Assembly: GCA_951406725.2 (NCBI GenBank)
Contig: OX597824.1
Span: 43,338,001 to 43,402,000 of the forward strand
DNA: 64,000 nt
DNA from: Octopus vulgaris
Taxonomy: Eukaryota
Direction: 5' to 3'
Position numbers and translations under genes: made by a program. The number at the start of each line of letters is the position of its first letter. The first letter of the stretch is position 1. A model generated the notes under the pieces. The model did no database searches, was not told where the DNA came from, and saw only the letters and a list, made by a program, of their open reading frames with translations. Below, piece after piece: positions 12,361 through 25,536 of the stretch.

Positions 12361-13720
12361 GTCAGACTGATGTCAATATATATATTTTCTTATGTAGGTA
12401 TATTGACTACAGCCTGTTAATAGAGAATGTAGGAACACCATTAACAATGTCAGTAATATCAACAATAGCGACGAAAATAATACAAATGGAAAATACCGAA
12501 ACAACGTCAACAAAAAACAACAGCTACATCAATGAACATGAAAAGCAGAAAGAAGAAAAACGAAATGTCGATTCAACACACCTAAAACTTCCATCCACGC
12601 CGCCACAACCACTATTAACAGCAACACAAATAAAAAAGATGAAGTCAATACACCTGACAAATTCAAAGTTATCGGGTTTGCAAACATCGTAGGACAGGAG
12701 GAAGTAACTTAAGCTATGTCTCCAAAATTCTTTAAATTATAACATTCTCCCGATTACGGCTGGTCAAGATTTCAAATTAAGCTTTCCACAATTTTTCAGA
12801 CATGAAACAAATCTGAAAACCGTAACTTATATAAGGATAGGAATTAAAAGCTGCAAAATAACGAAAGCGGTCGCAGAATCCAGCTAATATCTGCCTTTTC
12901 ACAATTTTTTTTCAATTGACAAAGATCACAAGGGAGAAGGTTGTACAGTGAATTTAATCGCTCCCATTGCTGATTGGTATAGGTGACCGTCTGGAAGGGA
13001 TGTTCTCGTCGCTCCTTTCTGCCAACGGTCAGCCCCCCCCGCTTACCGGTGCAAGATCGACACTCCCTATATAGACTAGGACATGTTTGTAATTTTGCTT
13101 TAAAGCATCAACAAAAAATAGAAGTGTCCCTTAATACTAGTGCTGATACCATTCAGAAGACAGACTTAATGGAGTGAAGCTTTCCAGAGTCAAATATAAA
13201 CCACAAATCATCTGCCGTCTATTCAGAATTATTAAGGAGAAATTATTCTCTAATCCATGAAAAATAAGGTGTCATATCCAAATGTAGAATGGTCGGAAGA
13301 AAATATTCAGAAACAAATATTATCTACTACATAACGGAGAATTATTTTGATATAGGTGTGTGTGCATGTGTACGTATACTTATGAATATCTTGATATCTT
13401 TCCAGCCTTATAATTTAAGGTCAATGGAGGATAGCGCTTTTGCCTTTTTAGATTTTACATTTTAGTGTTTGTATTTTCGTTTTTCAGTTTGTTTTTACTT
13501 TCTGCGTTTTCTATATGCTGTCTTCTCAGTATTTTTTTTTTTTTTCGCGTTTCTTCTATTATTCAATTCTCTTAGTTCGTTTTGATATGTAGCTTGTGCC
13601 CGAAGAATATGTTGGAGTATTTCTTGACATATGAAGTTATTAATAGGACTTAAAGACATGTATGCGCCCTTTAAATAAATATTTATCTCTCACCAGATGG
13701 AGTACTTTTTGTTGAATTTT

Positions 13721-13787
<67 letters not shown>

Positions 13788-13989
13788 CTAATTTAGAGAC
13801 GAACCACCATTCCACAACTCAGTCAATGAATAACCCGTCATACATATACATACATACATACATACATACATACATACATACATACATACATACATACATA
13901 CATACGTACGTACGTACGAAAACACATGTATACACATATAAAGTCTAAGAGTGTCACTTTGTGTGTGTGTGTGCAATAGTTTTCAACAT

Positions 13990-14610
13990 ACATTTCTACA
14001 ACTGAACGTGAAAGCCATTCGCTGCAAGATTTTGTCTCAGAGTAAAATACATTGCGCCAAGTTGCAAATTACTGATGCATTATCAGCCTCTAAAGATGCG
14101 AAAACCACGCCGAGACACCGTATCTCGTATTCCACTGATGTGACTTGAAGCTTGGTCTACTATGCTTTTACCCACACTTATAGAGAGACACGTTTTCTCC
14201 TTGACAAAATCCTGCAGCGAATGCCTTTCATGTTCTTCTGTACAAGAACGTATTAAAAATAAATGTATATATTTCCATTTTGATCTTCACTTCTTTGTGT
14301 GCTTATAATAAATTACTTCCAGTTCAGCTAGCTTTATTACACACGAGTACATGTATTGTTCGCTCTCTTTGCATAGGAACAGGCATACATTCTAACTCTA
14401 AATAACTGAGTCATCTGTCACTAAAAAGGTGAAATCACGCCGAAACAGCGTATCCTGTGGTCCGATATACTTTTATACACAATGGCTATAGAGGAATTTT
14501 TCACTGACAAAAACCAGCAGAAACTGCACTTCACCTTCTGTACAGCAACTTTAAAAGTAATTGTACGCATATATATTTTTATTCTCAGTCCTTTGTGTGT
14601 TTATACTAAG
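13990..14610. repeat. MITE-like unit with 28-bp inverted repeats (~14009-14036 and 14203-14230) plus a diverged tandem partial copy (~14400-14610)
   Basis: tgaaagccattcgctgcaagattttgtc versus rc tgaaaggcattcgctgcaggattttgtc. 14085-14330 aligns loosely with 14400-14610. Confidence 0.6.
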
Positions 14611-14696
14611 TAGATAAAGAAGTGTGTTTGTGTGCGTATGTGTGTATGCATTCATATTATATATTTGTATATGTAATATACAAATATTTGTATATC

Positions 14697-15307
14697 ATGG
14701 CGAATGCCGGACAGAGGGGTCACACAGGAGAGCTAGGAAGAACGGGAAATAATAAAGTAGTGGTCATCCGAAAACGAAGGTGCGTGTGCGTTTGTATATG
14801 AGAGCGTGTATGTGCGTGTGGAAGGGGCTGGTAACCTTGACGTGTGTGTGCATGTGTAGGTGTGTGGATGATGAAAAATGGTCAGTGCCAGTGTGTGCGC
14901 TAGTGTGGGTGTTGGGAAGTAGTCAGTGGTAGTGTGTGCGTGGTAGTGTAATGTGGTATGGTGTGGTGGTGTGGCAGTGTGGTGGTGTTGGGGTGTGAGA
15001 GAGGTGAGAGTGGGGGAAGCAAGAGTGAGGTGTAAGGGATGGGGTTGGATGGGATGGGATTTATAGGGATGGTGGGGTTGGAATGTGTAGGTGTGGGGTA
15101 ACGAGAGAGGGGTGACGATGAAGGGAGAGGGTGGAAGGGAGAAGGTGGGTAAGAGTGAAGAGGGAAGTAGGTGTGAGAGGAAGAGAGGAGAGAGGAGGAG
15201 GGAGGAGAATTGAGCCCATGGACGCAAAGGGGCGAAGAGAGAAGATTAATCCCTGTTCACGGCGAAGACAGGAGTCCGGATGGCCCCTGTGCAAGGACAA
15301 TCCGAAC
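14697..15307. mobile_element. Unclassified ~610-bp element between TA-rich tracts (GT/GA-rich interior) ending in U6-like hairpins
   Basis: Sharp compositional boundaries with TA-rich flanks and structured GC-rich ends. Architecture is similar to 43620-44460. Confidence 0.5.
15236..15297 (+). ncRNA. Split U6 snRNA-like sequence (not a U6 gene)
   Basis: AGAGAAGATTA (15238-15248) and ATGGCCCCTGtGCAAGGA (15280-15297) match U6 ACAGAGAAGAUUA-GC-AUGGCCCCUGCGCAAGGA, with a 31-nt hairpin spacer between them. Confidence 0.6.
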
Positions 15308-15318
15308 ATATATATATA

Positions 15319-15358
<40 letters not shown>

Positions 15359-15377
15359 TGGATGTGCGTGTGTGCGC

Positions 15378-15600
15378 GCAGGCGTGGCTTTGTGGTAAGT
15401 AGCTTGCTTACCAACTACATGGTTCCGGGTTCAGTCTCACTGCGTAGCACCTTGGCCAAGTGTCTTCTACTATAGCCTAGCGGTTCGGCAGAAGAGTCCG
15501 ATATAATAGGTACTAGACTTACAAAGAATAAGTTCTGGGGTCGATTTGTCCGGTGGTGCTCCAGCATGGCTGCAGTTAAATGTTTGAAACAAATAAAAGA
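15378..15600 (+). mobile_element. tRNA-derived SINE (family C)
   Basis: gcaggcgtggc..tgtggtaagtagcttgcttaccaac..ggttccgggttcagtctcactgcgtagcaccttgg...ggtgctccagcatggc; reverse copy at 54345-54760. Confidence 0.85.
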
Positions 15601-15623
15601 ATATATATATATGCTTACATATA

Positions 15624-15682
<59 letters not shown>

Positions 15683-15689
15683 AGTGTGG

Positions 15690-16465
15690 TGTATCTCTGG
15701 CGTTCTCTTCTGTTTATAATTATTTAAATTTTTCCTTTGAAGAAGGAGCTAGTTTCTAACAAAGATACAAAGCGCCATCGCTGGAATGTAGAAAAAATAA
15801 AACAATGTCACATTTTAAAAATGAAAGATATCTTGCATATTTTTACTGTTCCACTAACAGATTGTATTTGTAATATGCGAGTTAGTTGCTTTTCTGAAAA
15901 TCCTAGTTTATCCAGGTTGTTACTTAGGGCTATATATGAATTTATATATGTATGCGTGCATGTATGTATGTCATTGTTCAGTTTTATTTCAAGATTTCTA
16001 GTTAATAGAGAAAGTGTCGGTTTCTAACCTAGATGCAAGGCTCCTTAATTGGAATTTCAACAACATCAACAGGGTATGTATGTATGTATGTATGTATGTA
16101 TGTATGTATGTATGTATGTATGTATGTATATGTGCAGATGTGCATGTTTTGTTTTATGCATGTATTCTTATGCACATAGTTGCATGTCTTGACATGCTTA
16201 CATATACTTAAATGATAACTTCTGGAAAGTTTTACAGATTTTTAGAGTTCTAGTTTCTCCTTTCTGGTTTTGAGAAACCTAATTTCTCAAGATTGGTATT
16301 TAGGTAGTGTGTTATATATCCCAGTGCCCCAGTAATTACGGTTATAAACCTGAACTTGTAATCTAGAGTAACTGTGAATGTCTCAATATTTCAGCGTATG
16401 TATTCTCTTTTTCGCTGACCTTTAGCTTTAAGTTAACATCAGCTGGAGCTGATTTCCACAACTGA
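15690..16465 (-). mobile_element. R4/Dong-like LINE 3' end and 3' UTR
   Basis: Minus strand VVEISSS.DVNL..KVSEKENTY and YKFRFITVITGALGYI; homologous to 50215-50490. Confidence 0.75.
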
Positions 16466-18324
16466 TTGTTACGACAAACAACATGGTTGGACACAACATC
16501 AGCAACAACACAACCGAAGAAAAGAATGAAAACAACAGCTCAATAGATAAATAGATTCTTCTAGCTGTAGTTATGGAAGAAACCGTATCTGCAACACTCA
16601 TTTTTCTTGGAGTTATGAATTCAATACTGATTTATTTAACTGTTATTGAAGAGGGGAAACAAAACCCCGCTGTTGGCTATATGAAAAGGTTGAAATCACA
16701 GTGTGTGTGTGTGCACTCAAATTGTCTAAGGCTCTTTTGAAAATGCGATTGGTCTCGTGTTTCTGTGAATGGCAGTCATAATTCTTCTTGAAAGCATTGA
16801 GTATGAAACTAATGATACTTGCTCCATTTCAAAAATTACAAAATATGTTGATTAAATTTCGTTTAGATATATTTAAAAAATAGAAAAACAGAAAACTTTT
16901 GAGGTTAATATAAAGTATTAGTTTTAGAATATTTATTTTTGGAGTTGAGTAATATATATTTTTTTTAATCGACGGCGTGATTTTGCTGTAGTAAACCTCG
17001 ATTTGTTTGGTTTATGATTCCGCCATAAATCTCATTTGGCAGTGATAGTAATGACGGTGAAAGTAGCATATCGTAAACAAGACTCAATCAGTCAAACTGA
17101 CAGAGGAAGAATAATTACATGAGAACAAGAATTATTAGTTAACAGTATTCTGTATTATTTCCAGAATATTTCGAATTTTATCTTTTGATTTTAAGGACCC
17201 ATCAACGGAAAAAATTCTGACCGAATTTATCACACATAAGAAAAACCAGTCAGTTTTTCAGTAAACCTGATCGATATATGAACTTTTGTAAGAAATGAGA
17301 TTTATTACTGACAGAGCAGACATATGAGCAAAAACATTTTACTTTTGACCTTCCTGTCTTTCTAATGCATATGTCTTCATTATCCAGTGCGCCTTTTGCT
17401 TTTTCTTTTAATGTAGAGTGTGATTTGAGATAGATTTTACTGCTATTTCTAGAATATCAACTAACCGCATCCAATCATCTCAATGACTCACTGTATTTAT
17501 AGTTGTTATTGCTGTGTAAGCCAGCTAAATTCTGACGAATGATCAAAGTTGTGACTATTCTTGTGACTATTCCGTCTTTTTTTCTTTTCTTTTCAGATTA
17601 AATGTATCGAGAGACACATTAGCTGAGGTGTATTTTTATAAGAAAAAATGGTTAGTTTCCTAAAACGATGTAGTAATTGGTAATTATGAATTTTCGAGTT
17701 ATATTTGAATAAGCTCTCAATGAAGAAAAATCATCATCAAAAAAAAAATGCTCGACGTAAGATTTTTACACACGTCTGACAGCTGAAGTTAGAATTTAGA
17801 GGAAACAGACGTATGATTCATATGTGTGTTCGATCAAAGATGACCTGATGTTAAAAAACAACTATTGCTGTTGCTGTTGCTACTGCTCTTTATTCGGTCT
17901 GTCATGGATGAAGCGTTTGTACAACACGTAGAAAATCGATTACGGTTTTGAACTCATTACCTTCAATCGAACATTTCTTTTCGAGTGATTGATTAATATT
18001 GCACAAACTGAGAATTAGTATAAAATCTTAAGAAAGGTTTGCTAAATGATATAAATGCCATTTTTTTTAATAAAGTATTTTTTTTTAAATAAGGGAAAGG
18101 CAAAGTGGTGTGCCGCTCACCCTAATGTAATGAAATTAAAAATCTGGAAAATCAAGGCACAATATAGCAATGCCTTATTTAATCTGGCCCTCTACCGTTT
18201 CTACCTGTAAGTGTTCTTATTTATACATGAGTAGAGCATCGAACTAGAAATGCAATTAAAACAAATTTCCCTCTTTTGTACTTAAACCATGCTAAAGTCA
18301 GTTTGTCTTTCAGGTAACAAAATA

Positions 18325-18538
18325 TTGATTTCAAATTTTGGCAGAAGGCCAGCAATTTCGAGGGAGGGGTAAGTCGATTACACTGATCCTAGAGTTCAAC
18401 TGGGACATATTTTATCGACCCCAAAAAGATGAAAATCAAAGTTAGCCTCGGCGTATTTTGAACTCAGAACGTAAATGCGGACAAAATACTGCTTAGGATT
18501 TTGCTCGGCATGCTAATGGTTCTGCCCGCTCGCCACCT
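18325..18538 (-). mobile_element. SINE family A
   Basis: Full reverse-complement match to the family A pattern. Confidence 0.88.
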
Positions 18539-19139
18539 TCATGTAACAAAATATTCATTTCCTACCTCGGCGTGATTTGTACTCAAGACGCAAATGGACG
18601 GAATTAATAAGAACTAACAACGCTCTAATATTTCAGCCAATCACCACGCTTGATAATGGAAATTTAGTAGGGTAATTCCAATTTCCATGTTTATAAATGC
18701 TCTAACTTCTATTTTGATGCATAAGTTTATATATTTTTCCTAATATGGTTTTATAAATTGGCAACGGACTGACCGAATAGTTAAAGCGTCGGCAAACATG
18801 CGCTCCATTATTCATTCTAGCTTCTTACAGCCTAAATTCAAATCCTGCTGCAATCAACTTCGCCTTTTATACCTCCGGGTCCGACAAAATAAGTACGAGT
18901 CTAGCACTCAAAATTGCTGACCTTGTCCCAAGATCAGGAGTCATTATATTTTATCGATTTCGATTCCCTTTGATAGTTGAGTTTGAAGGGGTTCCCATAC
19001 TGGCAAATGTCAGACACGTTAGCGAAAATCTTTTACTCATTCCTCGTCTTCCTTATTAATCGAAATACAACATAGAGTTTGCATCCATATAAATCTTCTT
19101 TGCTCTGGTGTTGGACAACTTTAACATTTTATTAACCAT

Positions 19140-20075
19140 GGTATAAGAGTCGACTGAAAAGTTCAGTAGTTGACCTATCAAATGTGACCAAATGAGAATT
19201 ATTTTTCAACCTAGTTCCCCCTTGTGATACAGATATTTCTTCTATAGGTGTTGCAGAAAAAGTTTTACACCACCACCCACCCCCCTCATCCCACTCCGGA
19301 CCTATTTTGACCAATTGTTTGCACTTCGAAGATGGGAGTAAAACTTAGGATTACAATTTTTGTTGTTGTTGCTTATATTCCACAAATAGACCACGCGTAT
19401 GTTACTTCGGTATCAACATTCCCCAAAACGTGTTTAGTGGGAGTAAAATATTGAAAAAACATAAATACAAGTGAGAGTGAAAACGGAGGGTGGTTTGAGT
19501 TGTGCTAGAAACAACAGCCAAACGTCCAGTGAATTGTTCACCTTTTCCTCTGAAAAAATTTACAATTTGTTTTACCGAAATGGCTCTACCCATGTTTTTA
19601 AGCTAAAAAAAAACACAATTGGCCAAAATTGCTCCAGAGTGGGATTGTGAGGAGGGGGTGAAAAAAATTTTTAAACATTTTTTTCATAAAAAGATGCCTT
19701 CATTTCGAAGGCTGTTTCAACAGGGTAGTTTCAACTTATTTGGCCTTCTTAATCCGAAACTCCGTTTTACAGAAACTCCCCACACCCTCGGAAAGATTTT
19801 CCCCAATCATTTCTTTATAATCGTACTCTATGCCGTTTGAAAAGTATTTGTATAAAATTTCATTAAAAGATACTCATTTTCCTGAAAGTTATGAGGAGAG
19901 AAAAGGGGTCGTGTGAATTTTCCGAAACTCCTCTCCCCACCCCTCGGAAAATTATTTTCCATAAATATCTGTATACACTGCATCCACAGCATCTAATGGT
20001 ATTTGAAGAAAATTTCTTTAAAAATTATCCATATTTCTGGAAATTATGAGGCAACAAATTCGGTGGGGTATATAT
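19140..20075. mobile_element. Mariner-like end (~19140-19256) joined to a non-autonomous DNA element with internal inverted repeats and ~150-bp tandem units
   Basis: gactgaaaagttca terminus. Inverted repeat at 19257-19318 and 19615-19672. Tandem gaaactcc...ccctcggaaa...aaatttc...gttatgagg at ~19772 and ~19924. Confidence 0.55.
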
Positions 20076-20521
20076 CTGTATTTATGCCAATAGAAGCTCG
20101 TTAAAAACTATCATGTACCTGAAACATGCAATAATAAAAGGAAGTTCAGAAAGTCAATGTTCCTGAGGACTTCAATTTATAAAATATTTCACTTGCGTAG
20201 TAGATATTTCTTTCAGTAGTTTATCGTAGTTGTAATATATCTGTATTTAAACAAACTTCAAGATAACCCAACAACTACGTCTTGCCTACAACAAATTAAT
20301 ATTTTTATTAAACACTAAAAATCTACTCCGCAGTGAATGTAACAAATATTTAAATTTGTGAAAAATTTGAAGTTCAAAAATTCAATAAACTTTAGAAATC
20401 GATATTATAGGAAATTTCTTGGAACATGAATTTATCAAAAAATTTCCAGACAGTCAAGCTTTTAATAATTACTTTCTTTTAGTAACATTTACATACCTAA
20501 TTAATAAGCAGCGTTCTTCAT

Positions 20522-20540
20522 TATATATATATATATATAT

Positions 20541-20623
<83 letters not shown>

Positions 20624-20825
20624 CGCGCGCACACACATATACTCACACGCACGCACACATATACACACACACAAGCACACATGACTGTGCATGTGTACAT
20701 ACATACACACGCATGGGTGTACATGTTTATGTGTGCGCAGACGCGCACACACATCCGTACCTATGTATACGGTAAGCGGATGCATATGCGCACTCACATG
20801 CGTGCGCGCGCACACATACACATGT
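20522..20825. repeat. Compound (TA)/(GATA)/(GACA)/(CA) microsatellite
   Basis: Directly visible. Confidence 0.95.
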
Positions 20826-20879
20826 AATCACAAGAGGTGATGTACAAGGAGTGAGATTATGCGGGTAGACGAGCATGGA

Positions 20880-21620
20880 AAAATGTTGGGGATTGGTGAT
20901 TTGCGGTGTTGTTCATGGGAGTTAATTTGTAACTATGATTTTGGTGCAGGCGGTGCTAAGGGTGGTTGTTACTAAGGAGGTATATCCGGGTTGTCGGTAG
21001 CCAGTGGCTTGAAATTTACCAGAAGGGTGTACCTCTGGTAACAGCAATACGATACCATATATTTCTTGTTGATGGATGCTGCAAGTTGGCAGATGATATG
21101 CAGTTTTTCGCAGAGGCACAGCTGGCAATTAGGGATACCGGGCGAACATAGTGGCGCTCTGTCGATAATAGTCCACTTGATGCTGGGCGCTTCATCTTGG
21201 AGCTCACGAAGTCTCCAGAGAAAGCGTGATAGCGAAGTGGATTTCTCTCTGTCCCTGGATCTAAATGAATGTAAGTCCTAAGAATATCTTCCCTTGAAGT
21301 CATTGGCTGCCATGCCTGTGCAGTGCCTAGTAATGCTATCGGGTGGTGTAAGGGGAACTCTGTAAACAACAGTCCTTGAGATGCAGTTGCAGGCTGGAGT
21401 TGGAGCTTGTGTGGGTGCGTTTTTACGTTTGTTCGTGCGTGCAATGTTGAATGCGATGTTGTCTAAGCAGGAGTAACCCCCGGCTACGTTAATAGAAACT
21501 TCCAGGTTAAATGGGGGTTATACCAGATTATTTTCCTTTTCCTGATTTTCTTGGGGTGAGGAGAGAGGGTTTGGGGTTCGTTCACTTACGTAAGTTTCTC
21601 AGAAAATCCGCTCCTAGCCA
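20880..21620 (-). mobile_element. Penelope-like element, GIY-YIG endonuclease C-terminal remnant
   Basis: Minus strand YSCLDNI, CNC..VVYR and HSFRSRDREKSTSLSRFLWRLRE...IKWTIIDRAPLCSPGIPNCQLCLCEKLHII...INKK. Confidence 0.85.
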
Positions 21621-21928
21621 AAGCATCGTTGTAGTGGGTGGGGGCGATCCTATTAAAGATCTCCATGTTGGATATACACATACATATATGTATATATACG
21701 GATACACTGGCATACATATACACCTACATGCATTTACACGCATCTACGTTTGTTCGTACATACTTACGCACATGCATATACACATGAACATATGCACAGC
21801 GCTTCCTTTAACTGAGTTATTTCAATATAAAATGTCTTTAAATCATGTCTTACTAATGGAAAATCATAGATACGTAAGTATTGTATATGCGGTTTATAAG
21901 TGGATTGTAGATATTATCTCTATAATTA

Positions 21929-22122
21929 GGCGGCGGGCTGGCAGAAACGTTAGCACGCCGGGCGAAATGCTTAGCGGTATTTTGTCTGTTTTTCCTTCTG
22001 AGTTCAAATTCCACCGAGGTCGACTTTGCCTTTCATCCTTTCGAGGTCGATAAATTAAGTACCAGTTACGACTGGCTCCCTCTCCCAAAAGTTCGGGCCT
22101 TGCACCTAAAGTAGAAAAGATT
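21929..22122 (+). mobile_element. SINE family A
   Basis: ggcggcgggctggcagaaacgttagcacgccgggcgaaatgcttagc...ttctgagttcaaattcc. Confidence 0.9.
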
Positions 22123-22363
22123 ATTTCTATAATGATATCTCTTTGTATGCGCGCATGTGGGTATGCGTATGTGTGTGGCTCTGTGTGTAAATGTGTGTGT
22201 GCGCGTGTAAGTGTATGTGTGTGTGTTTCCGTATAAGTGCATTAGCAAACCGCATAGAGAGATAATATAAATTTGTCTGTAATAATTCCTAATGAATATG
22301 CATGTATTATATAGACCAACACGAGACAGATATCTATACTGCAACACACATACACACGCACGC

Positions 22364-22428
<65 letters not shown>

Positions 22429-23127
22429 TATATATATTCATAGATATAACTGAAAATAATCAACTGGTATATAGAGAGGCGTACACGCATAGACAAAACA
22501 ACGAACAGACAGATTGACATAAGTTCATTTACTGCTATTATTTTGTAAAAACTGGAAAATGGCCCAGAAATTATGATATTTTGTTTATTTATTTTTCATT
22601 CACTGATTCTTATTTCTTTTATTCTTCCTGTCCCTCTTTTTTTTCTTATAAGAAAATTATTTCTTCCATTTGCCACATGAGTAACATGCGAATGGACAAT
22701 AGAAGAACAAATTTCAAAATCAATAGAGAGTACTTAGAATCGATTACACAAAATATAAATGCTAAGCACAATAAAAAAAATACATTGTAAGATGATTTGT
22801 CTCAATACTGGGGTCGGATCATATAGGACTGGTAAGGTAAACTTACAAATTTAGAAAGATTGCCTCAAATATGAGGGTAAACGGTTGGTGCATGTTGAGA
22901 GTTGACCAGACCATGTTAGAATTAATAAATTTCGGACAAAATGATATTTAGTTGAATCGCCTTGCATCTTGAGTTCAAATCACACAGAGATCAACTTCGT
23001 CTTCCATCCCACTGGCCTGATAAAATAAAGTACCAGTCGAACACTGGGCTCGATGTAATCGACTTACTCTCTCCTCAAAATTGCAAGCCTTGAGTAAAAT
23101 TTAAACGATTATTATTATCATTATTAT

Positions 23128-25352
23128 TCCTTCGTAACACAGTATAGGTAAAAATGAACAGGAGTCTTTAGTCATTTGTCAAGTCACAACAAGGACCTCA
23201 GGCAGATAATACTTTCCTGAAGATGTGAGCTGTGCCCAATAAGGCTGCTTTTTGCAAGACATCAATTTTGCATGGGGTTTCCAGTTGCCTAAAGAAGTTT
23301 TGAAGTTTCAATGGGATTCAGCCCAACGCTCCGATCACCACTGGTATCACTTTTACATTACCCTCTTGCATTCCATACAGTCTTGCCGTTTCCACTTTCA
23401 ATTCGGAGTACTTGATAATTTTTTTCAACCTCTTTACTCACAACATTCATGTCATTTTCTATGGCTACATCAATGATCTGACAGTATTTGTCTTTCTTAT
23501 TCAATATGACAATATCCGGCCTATGGTGTTCGATTACACGACCCGTCTGAAAATCATAGTCCCAGAGTATCGAGACTTTTCCATCCTCCTACATAACTTT
23601 ACTCGGTACATGCTCATACCCGTTCTCTGTTACTTCATATTGGTATTTACGGCATAAGAGCCAATGAATATACACACACACTTTATTGTGGTGACGCTTG
23701 TATTCTTCTTGTGCAAAGCTTTCACATCCACTTACCAAGTGGGTCACATTTTCCACTCTTTCCACAGAGTTTGCATTTCTGGGTATTAAAAATTTTTATA
23801 GATGTCATACTTCCCTGAATTGGTAGCGAGAGCCTGGTTTTGTGCAGCAATGATCAGGCTTTCGGTGGTACGCTTTAAATCACCTAGCTGAAGTCTTGCC
23901 CACGATGCTGTATTATCCGTACGTTTTGTTTATTCCTTTCAAACTGTTCATGCATTCTCATTTCAAGGTCTTCTTTTTTCTTCTCCTCGGCTCTTTGGTT
24001 AAACTCTTCCTTGCCCATCATTTCATCTGCATTTACACCCATACCTTTCGCGGCATATTGCAGTTGGTCTTCATCCCTATTTATCAAATACTCGGCAAGT
24101 GCACTCCTTATACAATGGTCTATACTAATTAGTCCTCTACCACCATTCTTTCTTTTCATATATAGTGTGTTTACGTTTGCTTCAGGGTATAGCGCCTCAT
24201 GCAGCGTCATCAACTTTCTTGTCTTTTTATCCAATGTTGATATTTCCTCCTTAGTCCATTTGAGGATGGACGAACTATATCTAACCACCGCAACTGCCCA
24301 GAAATTCATTGCGGTAATCGAATTCTTGGCATTCAGGTTGAATTTCAACACCATCTTCACCCTCTTCTGATACGCTTCGCTGACCTTGACTTTCATTTCT
24401 CAGTGTAGAATGTCATCCAGCTCTAAAATCTCTAAATAGTTATACCCTCTACTGTCGGGTTCACCTATGGTCTCTCCTGATGGTAACCGCAATCCTCTAC
24501 AGGCTGCTTTCTTCCCACTTTTTTTGGTACTCCTAAATTCCATAGCGATGTCCCTACCACACTTCTGGACTGTTTTGGTTAAGAAATCTATCGTTTTTCA
24601 GATTTCCCAAACAATTTCAGGTCCTCCATAAACAGAAGATGGTTCAATGATAGGCCTTTCTTCCCACATCGGTAACCCATCTTAACTTTCCTAAGTGTCA
24701 TTGTTATGGATATTAGTGGAATTACAAATAGCAATGAGAAAAGAGTCACCTTGGAAGATTCCCCTTTTAATATTAACTTCTCCAAGGAATACATTATTTG
24801 AGTACAATTTGGTTTTCCACTCTTTCATGCTATGCATCAGAAAATTTGTGATGTTGTTAGCAACACCAAACATCTGAGGACATTCAACGATCCAAGAATG
24901 AGGAATCATATATGCCTTGTTAAAGTCAATCCAAGCCATAGACATGTTTGTATGATGTTTTTTACAATGCCTCAAAACTTTTATCGATGACCAGGTGATC
25001 CTTGGTACCCTGAGAACTCTTGCTACATTCTTTTTGTCCCCTTGGTAGTGTTTCTTCCTGTGCCAGGAAAGTGTATGTCTTTGCCGCACATATTCCAGTG
25101 AGCATCTTCCAGATTATGATTAGGCAGGCTATGGGACGGTAGTTTCCCACAATATTCCCCTTTCTTTTATCTTTCATTACAAGTGTTGTCCTCACAGTCA
25201 CCATCCACGCGGGGACTGTACCTTTCTGGACACACATTCAAATGGGCTGCCAGTGTTTCATGCACCGCGTGGCATCTCTTCAACAAGAAGCCATGAATCC
25301 CATCTGTTCCGGGGGCTTTCCGATTAGGCACTTGTTCTCTCACATCACCCGT
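23128..25352 (-). mobile_element. 5'-truncated R4/Dong-like LINE (RT, CCHC finger, restriction-like endonuclease), pseudogenised
   Basis: KAPGTDGIHGF, NYRPIACL, QGTKDHLVID, MAWIDFNKAY, RGIFQGDS, NHLLFMEDLKLF, LYMKRKNGGRGL, IAAQNQAL, CKLC..THLVSGC, HRPDIVI, PVVIGALG and LQKAALLGTAHI. The 3' end abuts a TAA-type repeat. Confidence 0.93.
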
Positions 25353-25364
25353 GCTTAACTCACC

Positions 25365-25407
<43 letters not shown>

Positions 25408-25521
25408 CACACACACACACACACACATGTACACACATGCACGCACTCTGTAAATATACCGGTACTTGCTGTTGAATATGGGTTAGCTCAAAGCTACCAG
25501 CCTATAATTAATGATGAAGGA

Positions 25522-25536
25522 ATAATAGTAATAATA

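Noticed and set aside
13370-13730. Possible Penelope terminal repeat next to (TA)n
   Set aside because: Context is suggestive, but no intact ribozyme core or coding evidence supports a call.
15236-15307. Functional U6 or U4 snRNA gene
   Set aside because: There is no U6 5' stem-loop or 3' U-tract, the AGC triad is disrupted, and no U4 kink-turn or Sm site is evident.
17597-17627. Micro-exon ttttcag|...gag|gtgtat
   Set aside because: It lies within a dispersed repeat also seen near 4080, 8440 and 58140, and the donor is weak.
23884-25237. Active reverse transcriptase gene
   Set aside because: Multiple frameshifts, YMDD changed to FMED, and 5' truncation.
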